In this document: positions 30,903-46,492 of the stretch, piece by piece | How positions within the stretch are numbered: position 1 is the first letter of the stretch | Layout: each line of letters starts with the position of its first letter | Source of the DNA: the human T2T-CHM13v2.0 reference genome, Homo sapiens | Length of the DNA: 64,000 nucleotides | NCBI RefSeq assembly: GCF_009914755.1 | Contig: NC_060928.1 | Direction: 5' to 3' (one strand) | Position numbers and translations under genes: made by a program | Notes under the pieces: model-generated | What the model was told of the DNA's origin: nothing | Database searches by the model: none | What the model saw: the letters and a program-made list of their open reading frames with translations, nothing else

Positions 30903-32163
30903 AACTTATTTACTGTTACAACTTACTTACTTTGAAACAACTTATTTACTGTTAAAAAATGTGGTTCTTATTTCAAATAAGATTTTATGGACATCAACTA
31001 ATTTTTTAAACATATATTGTAATTTTAAAACATTTTTACCAACATTTTTCAAGAGCATGGGAAATCTAGGGTATGGCATTTTAAAGTGACTTTAAAGACA
31101 CTTCTTGGGTTTTGTTGAAGTCAGAATATTTTTAAAAATACAATGAGTTTAATTTACTACTGACAGATTTTCTTTAATTTTTTTTGCATTGTTATAATTA
31201 GTCATGCCTTAATCCTCGGGGTTTTTGGGAAACTATATTTAGGGGTTAAAAACTTAGTTATTGACATTGTAATTTTTCTCAGTATTGGTAAGAATTCAGG
31301 TGTTTAAGGAATGGAGTTTACTTGTTTTCTGTTCACAAACCCATTGTAAAAGATATAATGAATGTAGATGAAGGTGAAATCCGAGATAGGAAGAGAGGTA
31401 AAATGCTACTTTTTTTTCCTTCACCCAAGGAAAGCCATTGAATACTGAATGGGTCATGTTGTAATTTAATTGGGTGTAAATTATAACTTTGTAAATCATT
31501 TGCCTACTTAGTGTATATCTCTGGTTTTTATGTAATTCATCTCCCATAATATCTCAGTTTACACTGAAGTAAATAAGCAAGCAGGAATAAGTCCTGCAAA
31601 TAGAGGAAGTAGAAAGTGCATTCAGAATGCATTGCTGAAATTGTAAAACTGATCCTAAATTGAATTAGGTAGAGCAGTTAATTTAGATTACAAGAAATGC
31701 AACAGGAAAAAAATATTACAGTTCTTCCTCTTTTTTGGAAAAAAAAAAAGAAAGAAAAGACAAATAAATCACCCTTAGTTAGTGATAATTCCTTGACATC
31801 TGTATGCTCATTTTTAGGGCCAAAAAATAGTAGGCTTCTCTTTGGAAATTGTAGACGCTTTCTCTCCTTCCAGTTACACGCGGTCACATCAACATTTGAC
31901 ACGTGGGTACCGTGCACGTGGCAGCAGTATTTACAAACACCATCCTAGGATTCCAGAGACTCTTATGTAACAGTGGAGAGAGTAAGCTTTGAGTGTCTGT
32001 GGGCGGAGGAATCAACACAGTTTAATTCATTGTCCGGGAGCCCTTGTCTGGCTCTGATAGGGTCATGAACCAAAGATCAAGGTGTTTAGGTCAGGATATT
32101 CCCTAACGCATGGTTTTCCTACCAAAGCCTCAAAAGCTGTGCCTAAATACAAGATTAATCTTT

Positions 32164-32480
<317 letters not shown>

Positions 32481-32650
32481 TAAGATTAATCTTTTTATGC
32501 CCTGCAGCAAACAACTAGTCATGCCAAACCATTTTTGTGATTTGGGGAAACATGAGCAGATGATGCTTTGGATCTGATTATAATTCACAGTGCTCTTGTA
32601 ATTTACGTGAGATTTGCATACCTGCCTCCCAGCCTCACAAAATGCCTTTA

Positions 32651-32980
<330 letters not shown>

Positions 32981-33689
32981 TCATGATTGACTTCCCAAAC
33001 TAAACGGTCTGACCAGAAAACACTCAAGAAAACTCTTGGTTAATCATGCTCCTTAGTATACCATTATACCTGCCTCTCCCCTTTCCCCATCCTCTGTAAA
33101 TTCTCTCAACCTTCTCTCATTTTTAATTTCATACCAAGACCTAGAGCTAAAACAACAACAACAAAGCTTTAAGTCTCTATATTTAGGGAATGTGCCTCCT
33201 ATCCCAAATTGATTTTTAGAGCTTTTCATTTATTTTTATCAATACAAAGCAAGTTGAAATAAAAAAAAAGGCATCAAAAATTTAAATGTCTAACCACGTA
33301 TATTTGGTATATGTATACTGGTGCTATGTATTAGCTGTAAGCAGACTGGTTTGAATATTTAAAATATGAACAGAATTTGAGTTCTTTTTGTATTGCATCT
33401 AAGGATCATTTGAGATGGATGTCATCATTTATCATCCAAAATAGAAGCCTTCTTGCCTAACAAAGAATTGTAATTAGATCATCAAAGATGAAATTTATAG
33501 TAATTGAAAAGTTAGCTCATTTGACTGCTTCTTTCATAGACTGTGTTTTTGTAATTACACTACCTTTCTAAAGATAGGAAAAATCAGAGTCTCTGAAATG
33601 TAATACTATAAGTGAAATATGTATTTTTTAAAATAAAGGATCTTTTCCCAAGAGCTAAACCAAGCACCAAATCTGTTTTTTGGGGGTTT

Positions 33690-33981
33690 TTTGGTTTGTT
33701 GGTTTGTTTGTTTGTTTGTTTTTGACAGAGTCTCCCTCTGTCGCCCAGGCTGGAGTGAAGCGGAGCGATCTGGGCTCACCGCAACCTCCGCCTCCTGGGT
33801 TCCAGCAATTCTCTGCCTCAGGCTTCGGAGTAGCTGGGATTACAGGCACTCGCCACCACGCCCGGCTAATTTTTGTATTTTTAGTAGAGACGGGGTTTTA
33901 CCATCTTGGTCAGGCTGGTTTTGAACTCCTGACCTGGTGATCCACTCGCCTCAGCCTCCCAAAGTGCTGGGATTACAGGTG
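33690..33981 (-). mobile_element. Alu SINE
   Basis: (TTTG)n tail plus reverse dimer lacking its first ~20 nt. Confidence 0.93.
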
Positions 33982-36733
33982 TTTTTCTTTAAGTAATACT
34001 TGGTATAAGAGAACTTTATATCTGGAATAATTTAAATATTATCTGACCGAATCTATTATTCACATATAGAAACTCAGGTTTTAGCCATTTAACATCTAAA
34101 GCTGTTCTCATTTAGAGGAAATTACCAAAAGAGTGACTTATTTAACTAACAATAAAATCTAAGGATAGATATTTTTTCATTCTGTTGCAGAGCAAAAGCA
34201 GCCTTCTGGATATGAAAAGATATTACTTCTTTAGTGTTTATTACTTATAATTTATTGTACATTTCTGATACACTGAATTAAGATGCGATGAGAGTAGGTT
34301 GTAGATTTTTAAAAGTTCTTATTTGCGTGATTTATCTACTTGCTTTTTTAGTGTCGGACTATAAATGATGTATTTCTCTCAATTATCCTCGGCCTAAATA
34401 GTAAAAGCTTGGGTGAAATTACTTATGAGTATACTTTTCCTGCACAGAGCAGAGCCATTACTGAACACTCTCGAGCTTTAACAAAAATCATCCTATCTTA
34501 TATTAGAATATTAATATTTTCCCTCTTTCTCGGACCTTTGTTTCACAGTAAATCATATATGGATATAAGCTGCAAGTGCTCAGAATTTGATTAAGGCTAT
34601 AAGTTAATTTCTACTAAAAAAGGGATTCAAATAGAACTTTCATTTGGCTGTACTGTAGTTTCACTTGAAGGGGCAAGCATGCAATAAACATTGACTTATT
34701 CAATGCATAGGCTGTCTTCATAAAGATGAGACTGAGTGACAGTTGTCTGTGTATTATAAAATATCAGAATGGTAGATTGAATCTGATGCATACCAAGGAG
34801 CAATGTGGAAATTTTAGGCTGTTCGTCTTTTTTCAGTTACTACTAAGTGTGTGTATGTGGTGTGTATGTGTTTTGAACTTTTCATATTTAAGCTGAATCC
34901 TCTTTGGTAGAAATGGTTAAATAGACTATAGTAAAAGTTTCTGTCTATAAATATAAAATGAAAAAATACTGATATCTTGCATTTTCCCTAATATGTTGAA
35001 AGTGCACAGAATCCTTGGGGTCTTTTGTATAAACTGTTTTTATATGGTTCCTGTAGAAGACAGCTGAGGCACCAAACACACACACAAAACAAACAGCTTG
35101 CTTGGTGATGATAACATTCGTGCAAGGGAGTTCTCTCTTGCATAGGAGTCCCAGGTTACCCTAATGCCTTCCCACATGGTCAAACACATGGAGCTTTCAT
35201 ATTTACACACAGCTCCAGAATTCTGAAGCCTGCAGTTGTTTATCAGTGGGATACAGGGAGAAAGAGTGGTGTCTATCTTACTAACTGTTTAATGACCTGG
35301 ATCATGAATACTGATACAGAATAAGAAAGCACTGGCCTGACTGCAGGGGAAACATGGTAGATGCCTAAAGGAGGCTTTTCCCTGCCCCACACTGTTTATT
35401 TTAAACTATCATTATCACCTGAAAGGAGCTTTTCACTTTGAACTTAAAATAGTAGCTTTTAACCCTGACAAGCAAGTAGGCACTTTAGTATTCAAGAACT
35501 GAAGGTGACAAGCCCTGAGGAGTGTTACTCTCTTTCATAACCAAGCTGACTCAAACTCTTTTAGAAGCTAGTGTAGTAACTTAACCATCTCTAATAATGT
35601 TGCTGCATGCCTTCATAGAAACAGTTGGAGCAAGAGCTGCATTTTCTTTTTTTTAAGTGTTTATTATTTACATTTTATTTTTGAAAACATGCCATTCCTA
35701 TTACATATAGAAATACTTCCCAAAATCACTGTTTGTATAGAACTATTTTGCTTAACATTAGGATTCTATTGAAGAGCCTATATCTGCAATAATACGGGGA
35801 GAAAATCCCCTTTTGTGTGATAGATTAATGATAAAGAGAAAGAAAAGGTGAGAAGTAATTTTGGGAAATATGCAATGATAAACTAGTGGTATTTATTGAA
35901 CTAAACACCAGCAGCTGTGCTTAGCATGGATAATTGCCTAAAAGGATGAGAAAAAAAAGTAAAAATCAGGAGACTATAAATTTTTCAGTGAAGAATAAAT
36001 TTTCTGTCACAAATTATGAACATTTTAAATATGTATTTTAAACTTTTTCCTACTTGTAACAAATTATCAGACTTTTTAATCTACCTTTTTTGAGCTTTTC
36101 ATCTTTTTCCCTGAATTATAGATTTAATTCTGTGTATGTATGTGTGTGTTTGAATATATTTTTATATTTTAGATCTAGATTTGTAAACTAGAGCTGTTTC
36201 TAACTGCTTATAAGACATTGCCACCTGGATTGCCACCACTTTCACTCCAGTATTTCAATAAACACTTCATCAAAAACATAGTTTATTTTCAAACATAGAA
36301 TCATGGATTGCTACAAGCTGAAAGGACTTTAGAGACTCAGTAACCCCATTCCTTGCATTTACAGATGAGAAAATGGAGGCATGGGAAAGTAAAGTCAGTT
36401 GCCTCAAATAGCATAACAAGCTATGTATATTTCTAATAATAGCTACTATTGATTAAGTTCTTATGTTGGGTTAAGTACCATGCTAAGCACTTTCCAAAGA
36501 TTATCTAATTCTTATGTCATCTATATTTTTGTTGGTGCTATTACTCTCCTCACTTTACTAAGGAAGAAACCAAGACATGGGGTTAAATAACTTCCCTATA
36601 AATTTTGAATTATCTTTGGCATCATCTCCCTATTTGCAAATCTCCATTGTCTCTTTGTTCGTAATCAATGTAAATCAACTCTTAAACAGTTGGATGCCAA
36701 CAAGCAGTCTGGTGTTTGGAGCTCGAAAGTTTC

Positions 36734-36734
<1 letters not shown>

Positions 36735-36797
<63 letters not shown>
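36735..36797. repeat. Compound (GA)n(GT)n microsatellite
   Basis: Direct reading; abuts the 3' end of a minus-strand L1 fragment. Confidence 0.96.
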
Positions 36798-36798
<1 letters not shown>

Positions 36799-37195
36799 CC
36801 AGCTTTGTTGAGGTATAATTGACAAGTAAACAGTCCACAAAACTGTACACATTTAAGAGATACAGTGTGATGTTTTAATATACATTGTGAAGTGATTATT
36901 ACTATCAGGCTAATTCACATGTCCATCACCTCTCAGTCATTTTTTGTGTTTACGGTGAGAACACTTAAGAGCTACTCAAATGTAGTCAAGGATACCATAC
37001 AGTACTAACTGTAGTCACCATGCTGTACATTAGATCTCCAGAATGTATTAAATATTCATCTGGCATAACTGAAACTGTGTATCCTTTGACAAACCTATTT
37101 CCCCTACTACCCAGCCCATGGCAACCACCATGTTACTCTCTGCGTTTATGAGTTCGACTTCTTTAGATTCCACATATAAGTGAGATCATGCAATA
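36798..37195 (-). mobile_element. L1M (L1MB-like) 3' end
   Basis: CAGCTTTGTTGAGGTATAATTGAC...TTAGATTCCACATATAAGTGAGATCATGCA. Confidence 0.8.
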
Positions 37196-37229
37196 GGAAG
37201 ATCTAATTTAGCATCCTGACTTTCCTTTT

Positions 37230-37400
37230 TATTAGCTGTGTATGTCATATTCAGGTTGCCTTAGCATTTGTGAATCTGCTTCTCTACCTGTAAAATGAGA
37301 ACAACTAATAATTCTTATCTCATGGATTACTGAGAGGATCAGATGAAGTAACATAAATAAAACATCCAGCATGTTACTTGGCAAAATTGTAGTGATTGAA
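37230..37400 (+). mobile_element. MIR SINE
   Basis: CTGTAAAATGAGAACAACTAATAATTCTTATCTCATGGATTACTGAGAGGAT core. Confidence 0.6.
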
Positions 37401-38001
37401 TAAATATTTGTTTATTCTTCAAGCATGTGTTGAGCATCTATGTATCAGGCAAGAAGAGAGCCATCATCTTTACCCTTCTGGAATATACAGGCTCATAGGA
37501 AATAATCAATGCTTTGATCTTTTTTTAAAGCATAATGAGATGAAAATTATAGGACTCATAGACTGGTCAGTTGAGGAATTTCCCAGGATGCTTCCAGCCT
37601 CTGCTCAAAAGGTGTGAATTCCCAGTTGCCTGAATAGGCGCCAGAGTTGGCATAGCTTTCTCAGTATTGGGACCTGACAGGGAGATTGCACAAGTGTAAC
37701 AGCACAGCCTCTGAAGATTGGCTCAAGGGGGAAGAGATGAAGGATTACTTCCATCCCTTTTATTGTTTCAATCAAGATATATATTATGAGCTCATAGTAC
37801 CATCCTTTCATGATCATCCTTTATTGTCTTTATTAGATACAATGAAAAGATACAAATTTGTCCATAGAAATATTAAATGATAGCAGGCATGATTTAAAAA
37901 GTACTAAGGACTATAGATATTACTGTTTTTCCTCTATTTTGTATCATATTTTCAGGAAGAAGAGACAACATTTTGGCATACCTTGCTTAAAGATAGATGA
38001 T

Positions 38002-38321
<320 letters not shown>

Positions 38322-40267
38322 CTAATCAGGAGCTTCCTGTGAGAGTGGAAATTCCTTACATGGCAGTGTCATGAAATTTTAGGCCCATGTGAAAGATGTT
38401 TTTGAGTGTCTCAAAATAGTTAACGGTTTAAAAATACATTATTTATGTGTCAGAAACTGCTTTCATTGAAATTGAAGTTTCTTTGAGAACTAGGATCATA
38501 TCATGTATATCTATTGAATTTCCCACAACAATTATCACGCAAGCAAATGAATAGCAGACCCTCAATAACACTTACTGATGATTATTGCCATGTATAAGTT
38601 GGGATACTCTTGAGTACCTTTCTAAGTCTGCATTTAGGGAAATACAGAACACAAAATGAAATGTTTGATTGGTTGCTTAGTTTCCACAGTGACTTTTCAA
38701 AATGTATAGGAGCATGGTAACAAAACTATTTTAAATACTACAATCTTAAGTATGCCTTTATTATTCTTACCCACAATAATGCATTGCTTTAAAAAATTGT
38801 TTATCAGTGTCAGACCATACCTTTCTGAGTCTCTACTATGTAAGATGTGAAAGTTAATATTCTTCAATTCCAGCTACTTTTCTTTTCCTGCCTTCTGTCA
38901 ACTCCTGTATTCCATATCATTACTTCTTATTGCTAAATTTATAATATTTATATTCTGGTTTGCATCTATAGTTAATTCTCTTGTGCTTCATTTCTCAGTG
39001 CTAATTGAAAAAGAAAACACATCACTTACAATGCCATGATTGTAATAAATAAAATTCACTGTAACACCTAGCAGTATGGTTGAACATGTAGAAAAGGAAA
39101 AAGTGATCCTGTGACACTAAAATTTAGCTTGTTCTAAGGATGCTACTTTAAGCATTAGGGTAAAATGGATTCCCTTTTGCTAAATTCTTTCAGTTCCTCA
39201 AAATTATGCCACATTTTTGTTTCTTTCACATTTGGACTTAGATTTTCCTGTAAGCATTCAATTTTTCTTGAAAATTTTAATTGCATTTTTTTATTCTTGT
39301 TGACAGAAGAAACATTTTCATCATATCACAATTTTTTTTCAGATTTCTTAATTATACCATTTGATGAATGAAATACACTTTCTTCTTGAAGTCTGATTTT
39401 TCTGTTCTAATTTAGAGTTTCTTCTCATTTTTCTCCTGGCTATGTCTATTATTGCTTTAGTCTCATGTCTTTGTATTTGATTATTATTTTTCTTTTTACT
39501 ACTGTTTTTCTTCTTACAGAAAAAAAAAGAAAAAAAAACAGGGGTTTTTACAAATATTGTGCTGAGTCTTTACATGTCCAAAATGCCTTATATTTTTCCT
39601 TATAGTACATTCATAAATTATTGTGATTAGAACCATAAATTCAAAGTAATTTTCTCTCAGAGCTTGGGAAACATTGGTACGTTGTTACCCTTCATCTAGG
39701 ATTGCTTATGAGATAGATATCTGATGCCAGTCTGATTCTGTCTTTTTTAGATAACTTTTTTCCCTATTCATATGTTTATTAGGATCTTTATCTTTTCACT
39801 TCTGAAATTCCTCCAGATATGGCTCTGTTAAAATGTATTCTTCTCAGCACTTGATGATTCTGTACAATCTGGAAACAACTGCCTTTATTTAGCTTAAGGT
39901 ACTTTTCTTCCATTGTACCTTTGATTATTTCTTCCTTCTTTTTTTCACCCTATCTTTATGAAACTCATGTTAATGGTGCATTAGAACTTGTGAACTGATT
40001 TTTCTTATTTATTAAATTCCATCACATATTTTTCATCTGTTTATCTCTGTATATTTTATTTTCTCAACTTTTGATATTTTTGTTAATTGAAATTTAATTT
40101 CCAAGAAGTCCATTTTCTATTCTCTGATTGATTCTTTTTAATGGTAGCCTATTTCGTGGCTCAAATCATATAAAATGTATTAAATTTTGTGGGAAAATTA
40201 GGCAAACAAAGAAAATTAAATTTTACCTAACTATATCTAAAAACAATACAACTAAACTTAAGAAAAG

Positions 40268-40432
40268 TGCGTATATGTGTACACATATACATATGCGTGT
40301 ATATGTGTACACATATGCTACATATACATGTATATGTAGTATATGTACATGTAGTATATGTGTGTATGTATGTATATACACATGTAGTATATCTATATAC
40401 ATGTATATGTACAAAGAAAAAATATGTATATA
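40268..40432. repeat. Degenerate TA/CA/TG alternating low-complexity tract
   Basis: Direct reading (TATACATGTA-like units). Confidence 0.9.
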
Positions 40433-40869
40433 ATAGTTTCACTGTACTTTATTTGCTCCCCTTTTAAAAATAACAGTGCTAGAGTTCATGACTGACTAAT
40501 TTTCAGAACTTGGTGTGTATGGTTGTTTATTAAGCCCTCAATAATAATGCTTTAGTATTACAGTGCCCAGGCATAGTCAGTGACTGTGCTAATAGTCCTA
40601 GCAGTAGCAGTTCATCCTGTACAGATCTAAGGTGTAACTATTTTCATTTCTGGGCCCTTGGAGATTCTTTGGTTGTCTTCATATCTTTTACCTATCTTGC
40701 TGTTCAATAACAGGTAATAGAAAAGGAGATAAAACTTAAATGTCATCATTTCCCACTGCTTAACAGTCTTTAAAAATAAATGTGAAACCCGTAAGGACGT
40801 AATCTTGCCTAGCTTTAAGGAATGAAGGAAACACTAGAAACAACAGAGAGAAAAGGAATAACTGATCCT

Positions 40870-41475
40870 CCAACATGTTCTGTTGACTCTACCTGTAAAG
40901 TATATTCAGGATCTGACTACTTCACACCATTTCACCAATTTCCATCTCCATTCAAACCACCTTCATGTGTTACTTTGAAAAGTGCAGTTTCCCTGTCATG
41001 GGTTTCCCTGTTTCTAGCTTTGCTCCCCCTTCTTACCTCACCGTGGGTTTTTACCCAAACAAAAATTCAAGTGATCATTTAAAAATTAAGTCAGGTCATG
41101 CCTCTCCTCTGCTTAAAACCATTAATGGGTCTCTGTTTCACTCAGAATATAAGCCAAAGCCCTTTTCATGACCCACCAGTCCTCAAGTGAATTGGCTGCT
41201 ATTTGTGTTTCTGATTCCATTTCTTGCCACTATTCTCCCTCATTCTATTCTAATTTCCTTGGTTTTCTTGCTGTCCTGGCAACAAGAAGAGCATCCTTTT
41301 TCCTCCAGGCCTTTGCACTTGCTGTTCCCTCTTCCTGGAGCACCCTTCCTTCAGAGAGCCACAGGTATTGTTTCTATCTTTCCTTCTAATCTCTCCTTGA
41401 GTGTTACTTTTTCAGAGATAAATTCCCTAACCATTCTATCTAACAGAACTCTGACTATTGACCTTGCTTTATTTT
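40870..41475 (+). mobile_element. L2 fragment interrupted by L1; resumes at ~43110-43225
   Basis: GGCCTTTGCACTTGCTGTTCCCTCTTCCTGGAGCACC motif; L2 3' terminus GAGCACTCAATAAATATTTG at ~43205. Confidence 0.7.
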
Positions 41476-41480
41476 CTCTC

Positions 41481-43052
41481 TTTTTTTTTAAAATTTTATT
41501 TTTTTATTCCCATAGGTTATTGGGGAACAGGTGGTATTTGGTTACATGGGTAAGTTCTTTAGTGGTGATTTGTGAGATCTTGGTGCACCTATCACCCGAG
41601 CAGTATACACTTCACCCTATTCGTAGTCTTTTATTCCTCACCCCCTTCCCACCCTTTTCCCCTGAGTCCCTAGAGTCCATTGTGTCATTCTTATGCCTTT
41701 GCATCCTCATAGCGTAGCTCCCACTTATGAGTGAGAACATATGATGTTTGGTTTTCCATCCCTGAGTTACTTCACTTAGAATAATAGTCTCCAGTCTTAT
41801 CCAGGTCACTGCAAATGCCATTAATTCATTCCTTTTTATGGCTGAGTAGTATTCCATCTTATAAATATACCACAGTTTCTTTAACTACTCACCGATTGAC
41901 GAGCATTTGGGTTGGTTCCACATTTTTGCAATTGCAAATTGTGCTGCTATAAATGTGTGTGCAAGTATCTTTTTCATATAATGACTTTTTTCCTCTGGGT
42001 AGATACCCAGTAGTGGGATTGCTGGATCAAATGGTAGTTGTACTTTTAGTTATTTAAGGAATCTCCACACTGTTTTCCATAGTGGCTGTACTAGTTTACA
42101 TTCCCACCAGCAGTGTAGAAGTGTTCTCTGTTCACCATATCCATGCCAACGTCTACTATTTTTTGATTTTTTATTGCCGTTCTTGCAGGAGTAAAGTATT
42201 GCATTGTGGTTTTGATTTGCATTTCCCTGATCATTAGTGATATTGAACATTTTCTCATATGTTTGTTGGTCATTTGTATATCTTCTTTTTAAAATTGTCT
42301 ATTCATGTCCTTAGCCCACTTTTTGATAGGATTGTTTGTTTTTTTCCTTGCTAATTTGTTGGAGTTCCTTGTAGATTCTAGATATTAGTCCTTTGCCGGA
42401 TGCATAGATTGTGAAGATTTTCTCCCACTCTGTGGGTTGTCTGTTTACGCTGCTGACTGTTCCTATTGCTGTGCAGAGGCTCTTTTGTTTAATTAAGTCT
42501 CACCTATTTATCTTTGTTTTTGTTGCATTTGCTTTTGGGTTCTTGGTCATGAAGTCTTTACCTAAGCCAATGTCTAGAAGGGTTTTTCTGATGTTATCTT
42601 CTAGAATTTTTATAGTTTCAGCACGTAGATTTAAGTTTTTGATCCATCTTGAGTTGATTTTTATATAAGGTGAGAGATGAGGATCTAGTTTCATTCTTCT
42701 ATATGTGGCTTACCAGCTATCCCAGCACCATTTGTTGAATAGGGTGTCCTTTACCTACTAATTTATGTTTTTGTTTGCTTTGTCAAAGGTCAGTTGGCTG
42801 TAAGTATGTGGGTTTCTTTCTTGGTTCTCTATCCCCCCATTGGTCTCTGTACCTATTTTTATACCAGTACCATGCTGTTTTGGTGTCTATGGCCTTCTAG
42901 TATAAAGTCAGGTAATGTGATTCTGCCCAATTTGTTCTTTGTGCTTAGTTTTGCTTTGGCTCTGTGGGTTCTTTTTTGTTTTCATATGAATTTTAAAATT
43001 GTTTTTCCTAATTCTGTGAAGAATGATGGTGGTATTTTGATGGGAATTGCAT
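41481..43052 (-). mobile_element. L1 (L1PB-like), 5'-truncated, ORF2 C-terminus plus 3'UTR
   Basis: Minus-strand ORF2 fragments ([50 protein letters not shown]) and an L1PB-type 3' end. Confidence 0.92.
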
Positions 43053-43267
43053 AGTTTATCAACCCTTGGCAAAGTGTTTCTGCTTTTCTTAAACAATTTT
43101 TATTGTCTGCTTTCTCCAGTAGATGTGAGTTCTATGAGATGAGGAACATTGTTTGGGTCACTGACATGTATTGTCAGCATACCAAACAGTGGCTAGCACA
43201 TGGTGAGCACTCAATAAATATTTGGTGAAAGTTGCAGTGAATGAAAATGGTTTCTAAAATGGCAATG

Positions 43268-43415
43268 ACTATAGTCCCAGCTACTCTGAAGGCTGAGGCA
43301 GGAAGATTGCCTGAGTCTCAAAAGTTTGGGGTTGTAGTGCACTATGATTGTGCCTGTGAATAGCTGCTGCATTGTAGCCTGGTCAACACAGTGAGAACCC
43401 ATCTCTTTAAAAAAA
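43268..43415 (+). mobile_element. Alu right-monomer fragment
   Basis: TAGTCCCAGCTACTC...CCATCTCTTTAAAAAAA; AAAATGGCAATGA on both flanks as TSD. Confidence 0.85.
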
Positions 43416-45068
43416 TGGCAATGAAATAATCTTATTTTTACTGCTTTTCTCTTTAAGGCTGCCAGTGTTGTCTTTTCTCTGCTGATTTATCCTCATTGGA
43501 AATTGAAGATAGATAAAATATCCATTGATTATTTATAGGTGAAATTAGGCTTTTGGATCCATGAGGAATAGCTGAGACAATCTTCCAGGAGCTTCTGGAG
43601 CCGAGGAAACATTGGTCACTAAAATACCATTTATATTGGCAACTGTACTCTTTTCCGATGCTAGTGTTTCAATTACATTGTGCATTTAAAAGGCTGTTGC
43701 GGCTACCTCAAAATATAAACATGATGTGCGACACTACTTGTTAGTTTTGAACAACTGATTTATAAATAGACTTAGGGTGCTCAAGCCTCCTGCAAGATGA
43801 GCACTGCCTGTGTTCTTCCTTCTGCTTCCTTTATTTCAGCTGTGTGTCTACCAACTTCCTCCTCCTTCTACACTAGGAGAAATTGCACTGTTTCCAATAT
43901 CTTTAACATCTGCTATCATGATGAGAAAATATCTTTTCTGGATTTGAAATACCTTCTTCATTCTTTTTTTTTAAATGGCGGAAATAAATTCATAGTGTTT
44001 TGAGTGCAGTTTTCTTCCTGCTGTTATTGCTGGCTCAAAATCCAGGAGCATTTCAGTGTTATTTCTGAGCTCCATGATGGGAGTTCCATTTCTGTTTTAT
44101 TCAAAGTGTTATCTCCAGTGTCTAGCACAGTGCCTGGCACATTATAAGCCTATAATGTTTATCTAGTGGATGTAGACCAATACTATTAAAGAATTATCAT
44201 TGCAAAGATTTAGTGGCATGAAAAAATGATAATGATTAATGCTCTACTCCATGCTAAGGAAATGAAGTGCAAATCGTTCTTTATTTTTCTTCCAAGTATA
44301 GAGAACTTTCTGAAATTAAAGAAGCATTGATTAATAAGTTTTAATATATGTTATTGATCATAATAATATGTAATCATATAACCAAATAAGATAACACAGG
44401 CCATCTTTTGTTCTTTAAAAAATGACAGGAAGATTAGAATAAGAGAAAAAATTAGAGGTCAAAACAGTTTTCTTCAAACCAGTAGTGTAACTTACTGAGA
44501 TATCTTCTGTAATCCTTAAATTCTGTATTGATGCTACCAAGATGCAACTCTTGAGCTACAACTGCCTCTTGATAAAGGATGCTGGTCCCTGCTGCCAGTG
44601 TAATGTTTGCTCATTTACAGTGGAATGTACAATATAGTACCTGGGATGGTGAAGAAGGTGAAGCAACAAATTTAAAATAGCTGTGGGTAAACCTACAGAA
44701 ACAGACTATTCTCTTTCTTCCAGATTGCATTATTCATTTTCATATGCCTGCCTTTATCTGCTTTGGAAGCCTATTTCCTAATCTTCCAAGATTTATCATC
44801 ACCTTCATATGTCCATAGCATGCATTTCTCAGACAGGTAAGATAGAATTGGTATATATTTGGTATAGCAAAAAGTCAAGGTTGTCTTTAGATTATATCCT
44901 TGGTTTTTCATGTGGTACTGGGGAGAAAGCCTACTGTTTCTTCATCTATAAAATGAAGGACCTGGGCAAGATAACATTCTGTGAAATTTCACTGAACTTT
45001 GAGCTCAGCAAAGTAGGGATGCGTGTGTGTGTGTCTATTTGCAATGCATCACAGACCTTAAATAAATA

Positions 45069-45507
45069 CAGTTGACCCTTGAATAACATGGAGGTTAAGA
45101 GCACCAACCCCCTGCACTGTCAAAAATCCACATGTAATTTTTGACTCCCCAAAAACTTAACTACTAATAGCCTGCTGTTGTCTGGAGGCCCTGCTGATAA
45201 CACACACAGTTGACTAACACATATTTTCTATGATATGTATTGTGTACTATATTCTTACAATAAACTAAGCTAGAGAAAAGAAACTGTTATTAAGAAAATC
45301 GTAAGGTAAAGAAAATATATTTACTATTTATTAAATGGAAGTAGATCATCATAAAGATCTTCATCCTTTGTTGTCTTCACCTTGAGTATGCTGAAGAAGA
45401 GGAGGAAAAGGATGGGTTGGTCTTGCTGTTCCAGGGGTGGCAGAAGTGGAAGAAAATTCACATATAAGCAGTCCATGCAGTTCAAACCTGTATTTTAAGG
45501 TCAACGG
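45069..45507. mobile_element. Tigger2a (MER28)-like non-autonomous DNA transposon
   Basis: TA|CAGTTGACCCTTGAA ... TTAAGGTCAACGG|TA inverted termini with TA duplication; ~440 bp. Confidence 0.85.
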
Positions 45508-46146
45508 TATTTGTTACATTGCATTTTGTAAGTGACCTTGTTAATTTTTTTCAATGAAAAAAATAGTGTTCCATTCAAATGCCTGTATGTTTATGAGAAA
45601 CATTTCAGAACTATGAAAGTTGAATTCAAGGTTTCTTGCAGATTGTTTGTATACTTTCTGTAATGTTTGTCATATAATGAGAATACTAATGGTCTTACAA
45701 CTTGAAACTGATTAACTGATTAACTCTTTAAGCAACTTAAAAAGAAAATCTTTCAGTGAGGAAAGAGTATTCATCAGAAGTATTCTAGTAGATGACATAT
45801 TTTTGGTAATGAAATTGATATGGGCAATTAACAGCTTTTTCCAAGTTGGCTATGCTGCTACTCTCTTATTATACAATGATACTATTTTTCAGAGCAGAAA
45901 GCAAATTAGTTTTATTTTTATAAACCAAATTTTAAATATCCCTTTAGAGAATAGAAAATATGAAAAAGTATTTGCTTCTCAGACCTCTCAACAATATAAA
46001 TTTTCTTCTTAAGAGGAAATTTATTCTTGCATGCCAACACAAAGGATAAAAAGTTTACCTATCCTTAGTTTCTAAGAGGAAAATGTGCATAAAATTTCCA
46101 TCTGCTGTGTGCCAGTTACCAAAACGATAAGTTCCAACTCAATCTT

Positions 46147-46492
<346 letters not shown>

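Noticed and set aside
40128-40467. Overlapping Y/I/H/V/C-rich ORFs
   Set aside because: These are artefacts of the TA/CA/TG low-complexity tract.
41187-43096. 176-aa hydrophobic ORF and neighbouring ORFs
   Set aside because: They read through L2 and antisense L1 sequence; the sense L1 ORF2 pieces are broken.
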